NCBI RefSeq assembly: GCF_002072105.2
Contig: NZ_MTBC01000004.1
Location: forward strand, 250,913-282,912
Direction of reading: 5' to 3'
Source: Croceivirga radicis
Lineage (GTDB): Bacteria; Bacteroidota; Bacteroidia; Flavobacteriales; Flavobacteriaceae
DNA length: 32,000 nucleotides
Translations under genes and position numbers: made by a program
Part shown: positions 1 to 8,057 of the stretch, piece after piece
How positions within the stretch are numbered: position 1 is the first letter of the stretch
Layout: the number at the start of each line of letters is the position of its first letter
The notes under the pieces: generated by a model
What the model was told of the DNA's origin: nothing
The model's database searches: none
What the model saw: the letters and a program-made list of their open reading frames with translations, nothing else

Positions 1-159
1 GATTTTCTTGCAGACACTTTTAAGATTAGTAAAGCAGATCGCCATACCGCCCTTGGAGATGCCTACATAACGGCATTAGCATTTTTACGTATAACAAATA
101 GAATAAAACCAAAATCTTTTAAAGATCTAGAAACCAAAAAACGTTTTATCTGGTTCTAG
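1..159 (+). CDS. 3' end of a DnaQ-like (DEDDh) 3'-5' exonuclease gene, truncated by the window edge
   Basis: Frame 1 reads DFLADTFKISKADRHTALGDAYITALAFLRITNRIKPKSFKDLETKKRFIWF* with TAG at 157-159. The HTALGDAYITALAFL stretch resembles the last exonuclease motif (HxAxxD) of DnaQ-like proteins. Not in the supplied ORF track. Confidence 0.72.
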   Translation, partial: DFLADTFKISKADRHTALGDAYITALAFLRITNRIKPKSFKDLETKKRFIWF

Positions 160-313
160 CACAAAATACGCTATCTAATCATTGCTATGTGTAAAGAAAA
201 TTAAGATTCTTCTGCTTGCCGCTAATCTCTTCACACTTGTTATCTGTCGAAAAAATAGTACTTTATTGATATATCAAATTAACTTTTGATGAAACTAAAC
301 TCAATAAATTGCA

Positions 314-2644
314 ATGAACCACAAGTTTTATGCATTATCCTTACTATGTTTAATAGCTATAGGATGTAAAGATGCAGTAAAAACTACCGAAATTGGGATA
401 GACCAAATTGCTGAAAGCAAAGCAATTCCCAACGAGGTAGATTTTTCACTTCATATTAAACCCATATTATCAGACCGTTGTTTCAAATGTCATGGACCCG
501 ATAAAAATGCGGTAGAAGGCAACTTATCCCTACATACCGCAGAAGAAGCTTATAAAGCATTGGGCGAGGCTCAAGGCCATTTTGCCGTTGTTCCAGGTAA
601 TCCTGAAAAAAGTTCTTTGGTAGCACGTATCTACACAGATGACTCGGGTCTGCTTATGCCGCCTCCTGAATCCAATCTAACCCTAACTGACGTAGAAAAG
701 GAGTTATTACGTAAATGGATAACGCAAGGTGCTGAATATAAAAAACATTGGGCTTTTATACCTCCTGTACAACCAAAAGTGCCAGCGTTTAAGAATACCA
801 ATTGGATACAAAATGAAATTGATGCTTTCGTATTTCAAAAATTAGAGGAAAATCAGTTTAAACCTTCAGAAAAAGCGCCAAGGGAAATATTGGTTAGACG
901 GCTGTATTTAGACCTTACCGGTTTGCCTCCAACTTTAAACGCGTTAGATTCCCTAGTTGGTTTAAAAGAGGATATCAATTGGGAAAAATTGATTGATCAA
1001 TTATTGAATTCTACAGATTATGCGGAACACATGGCCGCAGATTGGATGGAAGTGGCCCGCTATGCGGACACCCACGGCTACCAAGATGATTTTGAAAGGA
1101 CCATGTGGCCTTGGCGCGATTGGGTTATACATGCTTTTGATGAAAATATGCCGTATGATCAATTTGTTACTATGCAATTGGCAGGCGATTTGTTGCCCAA
1201 CGCAAATAAGGAATCCATTTTAGCCACAGGTTTTAATAGAAACCACAAAATTACTGCGGAAGGCGGTGTAATCCCTGAAGAATACAGAATTGAATATGTA
1301 GAAGACCGCACCAATACGTTTGGTACCGCATTTTTAGGAATGACCATGGAATGTGCCCGTTGCCATGACCACAAGTACGATCCTATAAGTCAAAAAGAGC
1401 ATTTTCAGCTTTTTAGTTTTTTCAACGGTATAGATGAAGATGGTTTAATGGCCAATGGCTCGGTAATACCCAAACCCTATATTAAAATCACCCAAGAAGA
1501 AGCGGATAAAGTGCTCGATTTTATTAACCTTTCCAAATCTCAAGAATCTTATGTCACCTCTTTGGTTATGGACAATAAGGCTAAGGAACGCCCAACGTAT
1601 GTATTAAATCGTGGCGTTTATGACCAGCCGGGAGAGCAAGTTTTTCCAGAGACACCTACCGCCATTTTACCCTATCCAGAAACCTATCCAAAAAATAGGC
1701 TTGGGTTGGCCAAATGGCTATTCCACAAAGGCAATCCACTAACGACACGTATTATGGTTAATCGCCTTTGGCAAAAAATGTACGGTAAAGGTATTGTTGC
1801 TTCTTCTTATGATTTTGGCAATCAAGGTTCCTTGCCTACGCACCCAGAATTGTTAGATTACCTAGCCATAAAATTTCAAGAAGAAAACTGGGACATCAAA
1901 AAAATGCTAAAATTTATGGCGCTTTCGGCAACCTATCAGCAATCGTCCAAAATTACCCCAGAGGCCTTAGAAAAAGACCCGGAAAATGATTGGTTGGCTC
2001 GCGCTCCCCGTATTCGATTATCAGCAAGTGCCATTCGCGACCAAGCGTTACAACTAGGCGGATTACTGCATAAAGAAATAGGTGGCCCTAGTGTAAAACC
2101 TTATCAACCAGATGGCTTATGGGAAGAAACCACCGGAGGTGGTGGTGGTAGTACGGCAACTTATGTGGTGGGCTCTGGAACCGATTTGTACCGCAAAAGT
2201 TTATACACCTTTTGGAAACGTACCGTTCCGCCACCAAGTATGATAACTTTTGATGCTTCTTCAAGAGACTTATGCTCCGTAAAGCGAGAAGACACCAATA
2301 CGCCTTTACAAGCACTGGTACTGCTTAACGACCCACAGATAATAGAGGCCGCAAGGGCCATGGCTGCTCCATATGCTGAAAAAAATGGAACTATAGATAC
2401 AGCTATAAAAGCATTGTTTAGAAACGCTACAGGCCGTATGCCTACTGCTGATGAATTAACCAGGCTAACCAGATTTCATGAAGATATGAAAACCAAAGTG
2501 GCAGAAGGCGCTATTGTACCTACAGAATATTTGGCTATTGGCAACTATACCAATGAAAAAATAACGGACCAAGAAGCATGGACCTGCCTGGCCTTGACCG
2601 CCCATGCCATACTAAACCTGGACGAAACAATAACAAGAGGATGA
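314..2644 (+). CDS. PSCyt1/DUF1549/DUF1553 domain lipoprotein (planctomycete-type c-type cytochrome)
   Basis: Lipobox-like N-terminus (LLCLIAIGC). CFKCH heme motif (479-493) followed by a DUF1549-like segment (RRLYLDLTGLPPT). Second CARCHDHKYDP motif (1352-1366). DUF1553-like segment (NRLGLAKWLFHKGNPLTTRIMVNRLWQ). Confidence 0.92.
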   Translation: MNHKFYALSLLCLIAIGCKDAVKTTEIGIDQIAESKAIPNEVDFSLHIKPILSDRCFKCHGPDKNAVEGNLSLHTAEEAYKALGEAQGHFAVVPGNPEKSSLVARIYTDDSGLLMPPPESNLTLTDVEKELLRKWITQGAEYKKHWAFIPPVQPKVPAFKNTNWIQNEIDAFVFQKLEENQFKPSEKAPREILVRRLYLDLTGLPPTLNALDSLVGLKEDINWEKLIDQLLNSTDYAEHMAADWMEVARYADTHGYQDDFERTMWPWRDWVIHAFDENMPYDQFVTMQLAGDLLPNANKESILATGFNRNHKITAEGGVIPEEYRIEYVEDRTNTFGTAFLGMTMECARCHDHKYDPISQKEHFQLFSFFNGIDEDGLMANGSVIPKPYIKITQEEADKVLDFINLSKSQESYVTSLVMDNKAKERPTYVLNRGVYDQPGEQVFPETPTAILPYPETYPKNRLGLAKWLFHKGNPLTTRIMVNRLWQKMYGKGIVASSYDFGNQGSLPTHPELLDYLAIKFQEENWDIKKMLKFMALSATYQQSSKITPEALEKDPENDWLARAPRIRLSASAIRDQALQLGGLLHKEIGGPSVKPYQPDGLWEETTGGGGGSTATYVVGSGTDLYRKSLYTFWKRTVPPPSMITFDASSRDLCSVKREDTNTPLQALVLLNDPQIIEAARAMAAPYAEKNGTIDTAIKALFRNATGRMPTADELTRLTRFHEDMKTKVAEGAIVPTEYLAIGNYTNEKITDQEAWTCLALTAHAILNLDETITRG

Positions 2645-4134
2645 GCGAAAAGAAAATTATACAAGAACGTTTGCTGCAAGAAAACAGAAGAGCTTTCTTA
2701 AAAAAATCTGCTTTAGGTATTGGTGGTTTAGCGTTAAGTTCCCTTGCCGGTTGTAGTTTTTTTAGTAAAAATGAAAATGGAATTTTAACGCAAACCAACG
2801 GGACTATTGGCACCAAAGGAATATTAGAAAATTTACACCATAATGCCAAAGTAAAACGAGTAATCTATTTGTTCCAAAGTGGCGGCCCATCTCAATTAGA
2901 GCTTTTTGATTATAAGCCTTTACTTAACAAACGTAGAGGAGAAGACCTACCAGAATCCATCAGAAACGGCCAACGATTAACGGGGATGACTTCCGGTCAG
3001 GATAAATTTCCTTTAGTGGGTTCCTTATTTAATTTTAATCAACATGGAACTAATGGTACCTGGATGAGCGATTTGCTTCCTTATACTTCAAAGATTGTAG
3101 ACGACCTGTGTATTATCAAATCCATGTATACAGAAGCTATTAACCATGACCCTGCAGTAACCTTTTTTCAAACGGGTTCCCAACAACCGGGCAGACCTTG
3201 TATTGGTTCATGGATGAGTTACGGGTTGGGTTCTGAAAATGATAATTTACCTGCATTTACCGTGCTCCTTTCTCGTGGCACGGGAAGGCCAAATGGCCAA
3301 CCATTGTACACTAGATTATGGGGTAATGGTTTTTTACATTCTCAGCACCAAGGAGTACAATTTAGAGCCGCCAAAGACCCGGTATTATACTTGAACGACC
3401 CTGAGGGAATGACCAAAATGGGGAAACGGGCCATGCTAGATATGTTGGCAGAACTTAATGAGCACCATTATAACGACTACGGAGACCCAGAGACCCAAGG
3501 TAGAATTAGCCAGTATGAAATGGCCTACCGCATGCAAACTTCCGTGCCAGAGGTAATGGACACCTCCAACGAACCAGATTATGTGTACAAAATGTACGGC
3601 GCAGATGCTAAAATTCCTGGTACTTACGCCGCAAATTGTCTGTTGGCTAGAAAATTGGCAGAGCAAGACGTTCGTTTTATACAATTGTACCACATGGGCT
3701 GGGACCAGCACGATAATTTACCCGGAGCTATAGAAAAACAAGCCAAAGATGTAGACCAAGCTTCCGCAGCTTTGGTAGAAGATTTAAAACAACGTGGTTT
3801 ATTAGAAGATACCTTAGTAATCTGGGGAGGAGAATTTGGCCGAACCAACTATTCCCAAGGTATTCTTACCGATACCAATTACGGTAGAGACCACCATCCA
3901 AGATGTTTTACCATGTGGCTGGCCGGCGGTGGTGTTAAACCGGGATTGGTATATGGAGAAACCGATGATTTTGGCTACAACATAACCCAAAACCCTGTAC
4001 ATGTACATGACTTCCAAGCTACATTGCTACATCTAATGGGTATAGACCATGAAAAGCTTACTTATAAATATCAAGGTAGGCGTTTTAGATTAACCGATGT
4101 GGAAGGCCATATTGTAAAAGATATTTTAGCCTAA
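2641..4134 (+). CDS. DUF1501 domain-containing protein, Tat-like/lipoprotein signal
   Basis: The ATG at 2641 overlaps the preceding TGA (ATGA), so it is preferred over the track start at 2578. N-terminus RRAFLKKSALGIGGLALSSLAGC; FQSGGPSQLELFDYKP, VIWGGEFGRTNYSQG and DHHPRCFTMWLAGGGVKPGLVYGETDDFG are typical of DUF1501. Confidence 0.92.
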   Translation: MSEKKIIQERLLQENRRAFLKKSALGIGGLALSSLAGCSFFSKNENGILTQTNGTIGTKGILENLHHNAKVKRVIYLFQSGGPSQLELFDYKPLLNKRRGEDLPESIRNGQRLTGMTSGQDKFPLVGSLFNFNQHGTNGTWMSDLLPYTSKIVDDLCIIKSMYTEAINHDPAVTFFQTGSQQPGRPCIGSWMSYGLGSENDNLPAFTVLLSRGTGRPNGQPLYTRLWGNGFLHSQHQGVQFRAAKDPVLYLNDPEGMTKMGKRAMLDMLAELNEHHYNDYGDPETQGRISQYEMAYRMQTSVPEVMDTSNEPDYVYKMYGADAKIPGTYAANCLLARKLAEQDVRFIQLYHMGWDQHDNLPGAIEKQAKDVDQASAALVEDLKQRGLLEDTLVIWGGEFGRTNYSQGILTDTNYGRDHHPRCFTMWLAGGGVKPGLVYGETDDFGYNITQNPVHVHDFQATLLHLMGIDHEKLTYKYQGRRFRLTDVEGHIVKDILA

Positions 4135-5165
4135 TGCAGCGTAGAAGTTTTATTAAGAAGACAAGTGTTGCATCTGTTGGTCTGGTATCGTTGCCCCTAT
4201 TTGCCCAAGCAAGAACCAATGAAAATGGTATTGTTGGCCATGGTGATTTTAAATATAAGGTAAATGTGAACTGGGGAGCGCTCAATAGTCAATATTACCC
4301 TGTTAATGATTGCCATGAAATGGTAATGGATAAAAAAGGGCGTTTGTATTTGTTGACCAATAATACCAAAAATAACGTCTTGGTTTACAATAAGGATGGA
4401 GACTTATTAAACGCATGGGGAACGCAGTATCCTGGTGCCCATGGTTTAACCCTACACGATGAAAATGGTACGGAATATTTGTACATAAGCGATAACAACA
4501 GGCACGAGGTTATTAAAACAACCTTAGACGGAAAGGTAATTCAAGTCTACTCTTGTCCATTAGAAAGTGAAAAATACGAAAGTAAGTCAAGCTTTATTCC
4601 TACGGAAACGGCTATTGCTTCAAATGGGGATGTTTACATTGCAGATGGTTATGGAGCACAATATATAACGCATTACAATGCTAAGGGCGAACTTCTAAAC
4701 ATTTTTGGAGGCAAAGGCTCCCAAATGCATCATTTTGATAATGCCCACGGTATATGCATAGATACTAGAAATGGTAAACCTCCTACCCTGCTCATCACAG
4801 CCAGACAACAGAACAAACTAAAACGTTTTTCAATGGCAGGTGAACTTATTAGCACCATAGACTTGCCTGGGGCTTATATCTGTAGGCCAGTAATACATAA
4901 TGAGAACGTGTACTTAGCTTCCATCTGGTCTCATGATGGTTCTCCGGATACCGGTTTTATTTGTGTTTTGGACAAAAACGACCAATTGGTTTCAGCTCCA
5001 GGAGGATGCGTACCTAAGTATACTGATGGTAAATTAGGAAACATGTACCAAACCTTATCCATTTTTAAGCATCCACATGATGTTTGTGTTGATGAGGACG
5101 AAAATTTGTACGTTCCTCAATGGAATAGTGGAAAAACCTACCCTATAAAATTAACCCGTGTGTAA
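4134..5165 (+). CDS. NHL-repeat / six-bladed beta-propeller protein with Tat-like signal
   Basis: N-terminus MQRRSFIKKTSVASVGLVSLPLFAQA. Repeated blades such as HGLTLHDENGTEYLYISDNNRHEV, DVYIADGYGAQYITHYNAKGELL and HPHDVCVDEDENLYVPQWNSG. Start overlaps the upstream stop (TAATG). Confidence 0.85.
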   Translation: MQRRSFIKKTSVASVGLVSLPLFAQARTNENGIVGHGDFKYKVNVNWGALNSQYYPVNDCHEMVMDKKGRLYLLTNNTKNNVLVYNKDGDLLNAWGTQYPGAHGLTLHDENGTEYLYISDNNRHEVIKTTLDGKVIQVYSCPLESEKYESKSSFIPTETAIASNGDVYIADGYGAQYITHYNAKGELLNIFGGKGSQMHHFDNAHGICIDTRNGKPPTLLITARQQNKLKRFSMAGELISTIDLPGAYICRPVIHNENVYLASIWSHDGSPDTGFICVLDKNDQLVSAPGGCVPKYTDGKLGNMYQTLSIFKHPHDVCVDEDENLYVPQWNSGKTYPIKLTRV

Positions 5166-5977
5166 TGAAGTACGTTTTAAGATGGATTTATTTTAAAGGC
5201 ATACTTATTATTGTATTAGTAGGTTATACTTCCGGAGCTTTTGGACAAGAAAATAATCAACAATCTACTTTTGCGTTGGCAGCACCGGTGGTGTATGTAG
5301 ATTCCCTTCTATTCACAAAACAAGCCTTGTTAAGCTTTACAGAAGGAGAAAAAGGGAGTGTTTTACATTATCAATTAGCAGATGATAAACCAAGAACCGC
5401 AAATCATAAAAAGCCTATTGAAATTAAAACAACAAGCACTTTAAAGGTATGGAGTACCCATCCATATTATCAAACTAGTGATACCACAACCCTAAAGTTA
5501 ACTAAGGCGAATAGTTTACTTTCTGATGCAAAAATTAGCATAGAACCAGAACCTAAAGCTGCTTATAGGGGTAACAAAGAAGCCAGCCTCAAAGATTTGA
5601 TTAAAGGCACAACCAATTTTAGAACGGGTAACGATTGGTTGGGTTTCCAGACTACTGAGGTAAACTTCACAATCAATTTAAAAGAACCTACTACCCTATA
5701 TTTAGTAAGTTTGGGAGTTTTAAGAGATTATGGTTCTTGGGTTTTTCTACCAAAACAAATAACTGTAGAAAGTAATAAGAAAATTATTGGACAAGTAAAC
5801 ATCCAAATACCAAAAGAGGGAGAAAAAACAGCCTCTACCTTTTTACACGTTCCTATTAAAAAAGGCACTTACAAGGAGCTACAAATCCAAATAAATACAT
5901 TACCAACTATACCCCAATGGCACTTGGGCCAAGGCACAATTCCATGGCTGTTTATAGACGAACTACTGATTAATTGA
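5165..5977 (+). CDS. Secreted protein with chitobiase/hexosaminidase-C-terminal-like (FN3-associated) segment and a jelly-roll-like C-terminal module; function unknown
   Basis: Sec-type N-terminus. VYVDSLLFTKQALLSFTEGEKGSVLHYQLADDKP...IEIKTTSTLKVWSTH resembles the CHB_HEX_C_1 pattern. TAATG junction with the preceding gene. Confidence 0.65.
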   Translation: MKYVLRWIYFKGILIIVLVGYTSGAFGQENNQQSTFALAAPVVYVDSLLFTKQALLSFTEGEKGSVLHYQLADDKPRTANHKKPIEIKTTSTLKVWSTHPYYQTSDTTTLKLTKANSLLSDAKISIEPEPKAAYRGNKEASLKDLIKGTTNFRTGNDWLGFQTTEVNFTINLKEPTTLYLVSLGVLRDYGSWVFLPKQITVESNKKIIGQVNIQIPKEGEKTASTFLHVPIKKGTYKELQIQINTLPTIPQWHLGQGTIPWLFIDELLIN

Positions 5978-5981
5978 CCAA

Positions 5982-8021
5982 ATGAATTTAGCAAACCTGC
6001 ACCCCTTATTGGTACACTTGCCCATAGGCATTTTTATACTAGCGTTTTTACTAGAATTATGGCAGTGGATACGTAAAAAAGACGAAAAAGAAACCATATT
6101 ATTTATACTAGCCACTACCATATTCTTCTCTTTATTATCCATTGCTACCGGTTGGTTTTTAGGAGATAATGGCGGTTATGATGTAGACATGCTCAACAAT
6201 CACAAATGGATGGGTATTGCCTTTACCCTATGCGCTATAACCTTGTTTGTATTACGCTATTGTACCAAAGCTATTTATAGAAAAATTTATAATCTATTAC
6301 TCGTCATAGGTATAGTATTGCTATCCTTAACAGGGCATTTTGGTGGTAACATGACGCATGGTGAAGACTTTTTATTTACAGACCATAGTCCAAAGGCAAT
6401 AGCAATTGCAAATATAGAAAAGGCTCAGGTATACGCAGAATTGGTGCAACCTGTACTAGAAGCAAAGTGCGTAAGCTGCCATAATACATCCAAAACTAAG
6501 GGTGGTTTGCTATTAACATCTAAAGCAGAAATTTTAGCAGGCGGAGAAAGTGGCCTGTTATTCGATACCATTTCTGGCCATTATACCAATTTATTTATGC
6601 ATCGGCTACACTTGCCTATGGAAGATGATGAACACATGCCTCCAAAAGGAAAACAACAACTAAGTGCAGAAGAGATTACGCTCTTAGATTGGTGGATTAA
6701 AAACGAGAACTGTTTTGATTGTACTGTTGAAGATTTAGAAAAAGATAGTCGTTTAGAACCTTATTTTGCTAGTTTAGAAGAAGACCAGAGCGATTTGTCT
6801 CAATTGGCGAAAAATGCAAACTTTATTCCAAGAGAAGATTTGGAAAGAATTACAAAAATGGGAATTTCTTTACAGCAGTTATCAGAAGATAATCCTTTAC
6901 TTATTGCCAATTTTAACCGCCAAAAAAATATAACAACTAGCCATTTTGATGCTTTAGAAAATATAGCATCTAATGTGGTAGAAATCAATCTTAGTTACAC
7001 CAATTTCAATGACGATTTAATAACCGCGCTTAAGCCATACAACAACCTTATAAAACTGCAGCTTAATAATACTACGGTAACCGATAAGGGAATAGAAAAG
7101 CTAAAAAACAAACCGTATCTAACCTCTTTAAACCTTTTTGGCACTCCTATTAAAAAGCTCAATTCTGAACAGTTGGGGCAGCACAAAAAATTGACCCATG
7201 TTTATGTTACGCCACAATCTTTAACGCAAGAAAGCATTACATCCTTAAGTAACGCAAATATTATTTTGCAAGGATTGGATATCAATGAAAAATTTAAAGC
7301 GAGTAAAATAACATCGCCTGTAATTGTAGCCAATCAAGAAGTTTTTAAAGATTCGCTACGTATAACTATAGAAACTTCATTTGAGGAAGCAACCACCTAT
7401 TTTGGAGTGGTAAATAAAACTAGCGACACGCTATTTAAGGTCTATACCAATCCATTTTTCATTTCTAAAACCCAGACAGTTTTGGCTTTTAGTGAAAAAG
7501 AAGGTTGGGGCAAAAGTGAATATGCCAAGCGCGACTTTATAAAAAGTGGCATCCCTATTAAAGAAGGAAAATTGCATGCCAAACCACACGAAAAATATGC
7601 AGCACAGCATGAAGTAACCTTATTTGATGGTAAACGAGGAAGCACCAATTTTGTAGATGGTAAATGGTTAGGATACGAGGAACAAAACTTCAAGGGTACG
7701 TTTCTATTTGATGATAACAAAGAAATAAGTAGTATAAGTGTTAGTCATTTATCCGCACCCACTAGTTGGATTTTTTCGCCAATAGGCTATAAAGTGATTG
7801 GAATTACCGAAAATGGGGCTAAAAAAACCATAAAAACCATTGATTTAGGTAAAAACAAGCCTAATGTTGATGTACAACGCAACCTCATCACCTTAGAATT
7901 TGATGCGATAAAAGTTAAAGGAATTCAATTGGAAATTGTAAACCAAGGTAAAAACCCAGAATGGCACACAGACCCCGGAGGTAATAGTTTCATTTTTATT
8001 GATGAAGTGGTTTTAAATTAA
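5982..8021 (+). CDS. Fusion protein: DUF2231-like membrane domain + PSCyt1 heme c domain + leucine-rich repeats + C-terminal module shared with the upstream gene
   Basis: N-terminus NLHPLLVHLPIGIFILAFLLELW with several transmembrane segments; CVSCHN heme motif (6468-6482) with HMPPKGKQQLSAEEITLLDWWI; LRR-like LTSLNLFGTPIKKL; C-terminus ends FIFIDEVVLN. Confidence 0.85.
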   Translation: MNLANLHPLLVHLPIGIFILAFLLELWQWIRKKDEKETILFILATTIFFSLLSIATGWFLGDNGGYDVDMLNNHKWMGIAFTLCAITLFVLRYCTKAIYRKIYNLLLVIGIVLLSLTGHFGGNMTHGEDFLFTDHSPKAIAIANIEKAQVYAELVQPVLEAKCVSCHNTSKTKGGLLLTSKAEILAGGESGLLFDTISGHYTNLFMHRLHLPMEDDEHMPPKGKQQLSAEEITLLDWWIKNENCFDCTVEDLEKDSRLEPYFASLEEDQSDLSQLAKNANFIPREDLERITKMGISLQQLSEDNPLLIANFNRQKNITTSHFDALENIASNVVEINLSYTNFNDDLITALKPYNNLIKLQLNNTTVTDKGIEKLKNKPYLTSLNLFGTPIKKLNSEQLGQHKKLTHVYVTPQSLTQESITSLSNANIILQGLDINEKFKASKITSPVIVANQEVFKDSLRITIETSFEEATTYFGVVNKTSDTLFKVYTNPFFISKTQTVLAFSEKEGWGKSEYAKRDFIKSGIPIKEGKLHAKPHEKYAAQHEVTLFDGKRGSTNFVDGKWLGYEEQNFKGTFLFDDNKEISSISVSHLSAPTSWIFSPIGYKVIGITENGAKKTIKTIDLGKNKPNVDVQRNLITLEFDAIKVKGIQLEIVNQGKNPEWHTDPGGNSFIFIDEVVLN

Positions 8022-8052
8022 AAAAAGGTCTGGCTTATACCAGACCTTTTTT
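8021..8052. terminator. Bidirectional intrinsic terminator between the cytochrome cassette and acs
   Basis: AAAAAAGGTCTGG-CTTATA-CCAGACCTTTTTT, a perfect 13-bp stem with 6-nt loop, between convergent genes. Confidence 0.93.
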
Positions 8053-8057
8053 TTAAT

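Noticed and set aside
189-236. GTGTAAAGA...TCTTCACAC imperfect inverted repeat upstream of the cytochrome cassette
   Set aside because: It has a mismatch and a 30-nt spacer; could occur by chance in AT-rich DNA.
2088-2361. Overlapping minus-strand ORFs of 75 and 66 aa inside the PSCyt1/DUF1553 gene
   Set aside because: Fully antisense to a conserved gene, no signal or domain; shadow ORFs, as are the other short antisense ORFs in the track.
2578-2640. Track N-terminal extension MDLPGLDRPCHTKPGRNNNKR of the DUF1501 protein
   Set aside because: The ATG at 2641 gives a proper export signal and the typical ATGA junction; the extension is out-of-frame reading of the upstream gene end.
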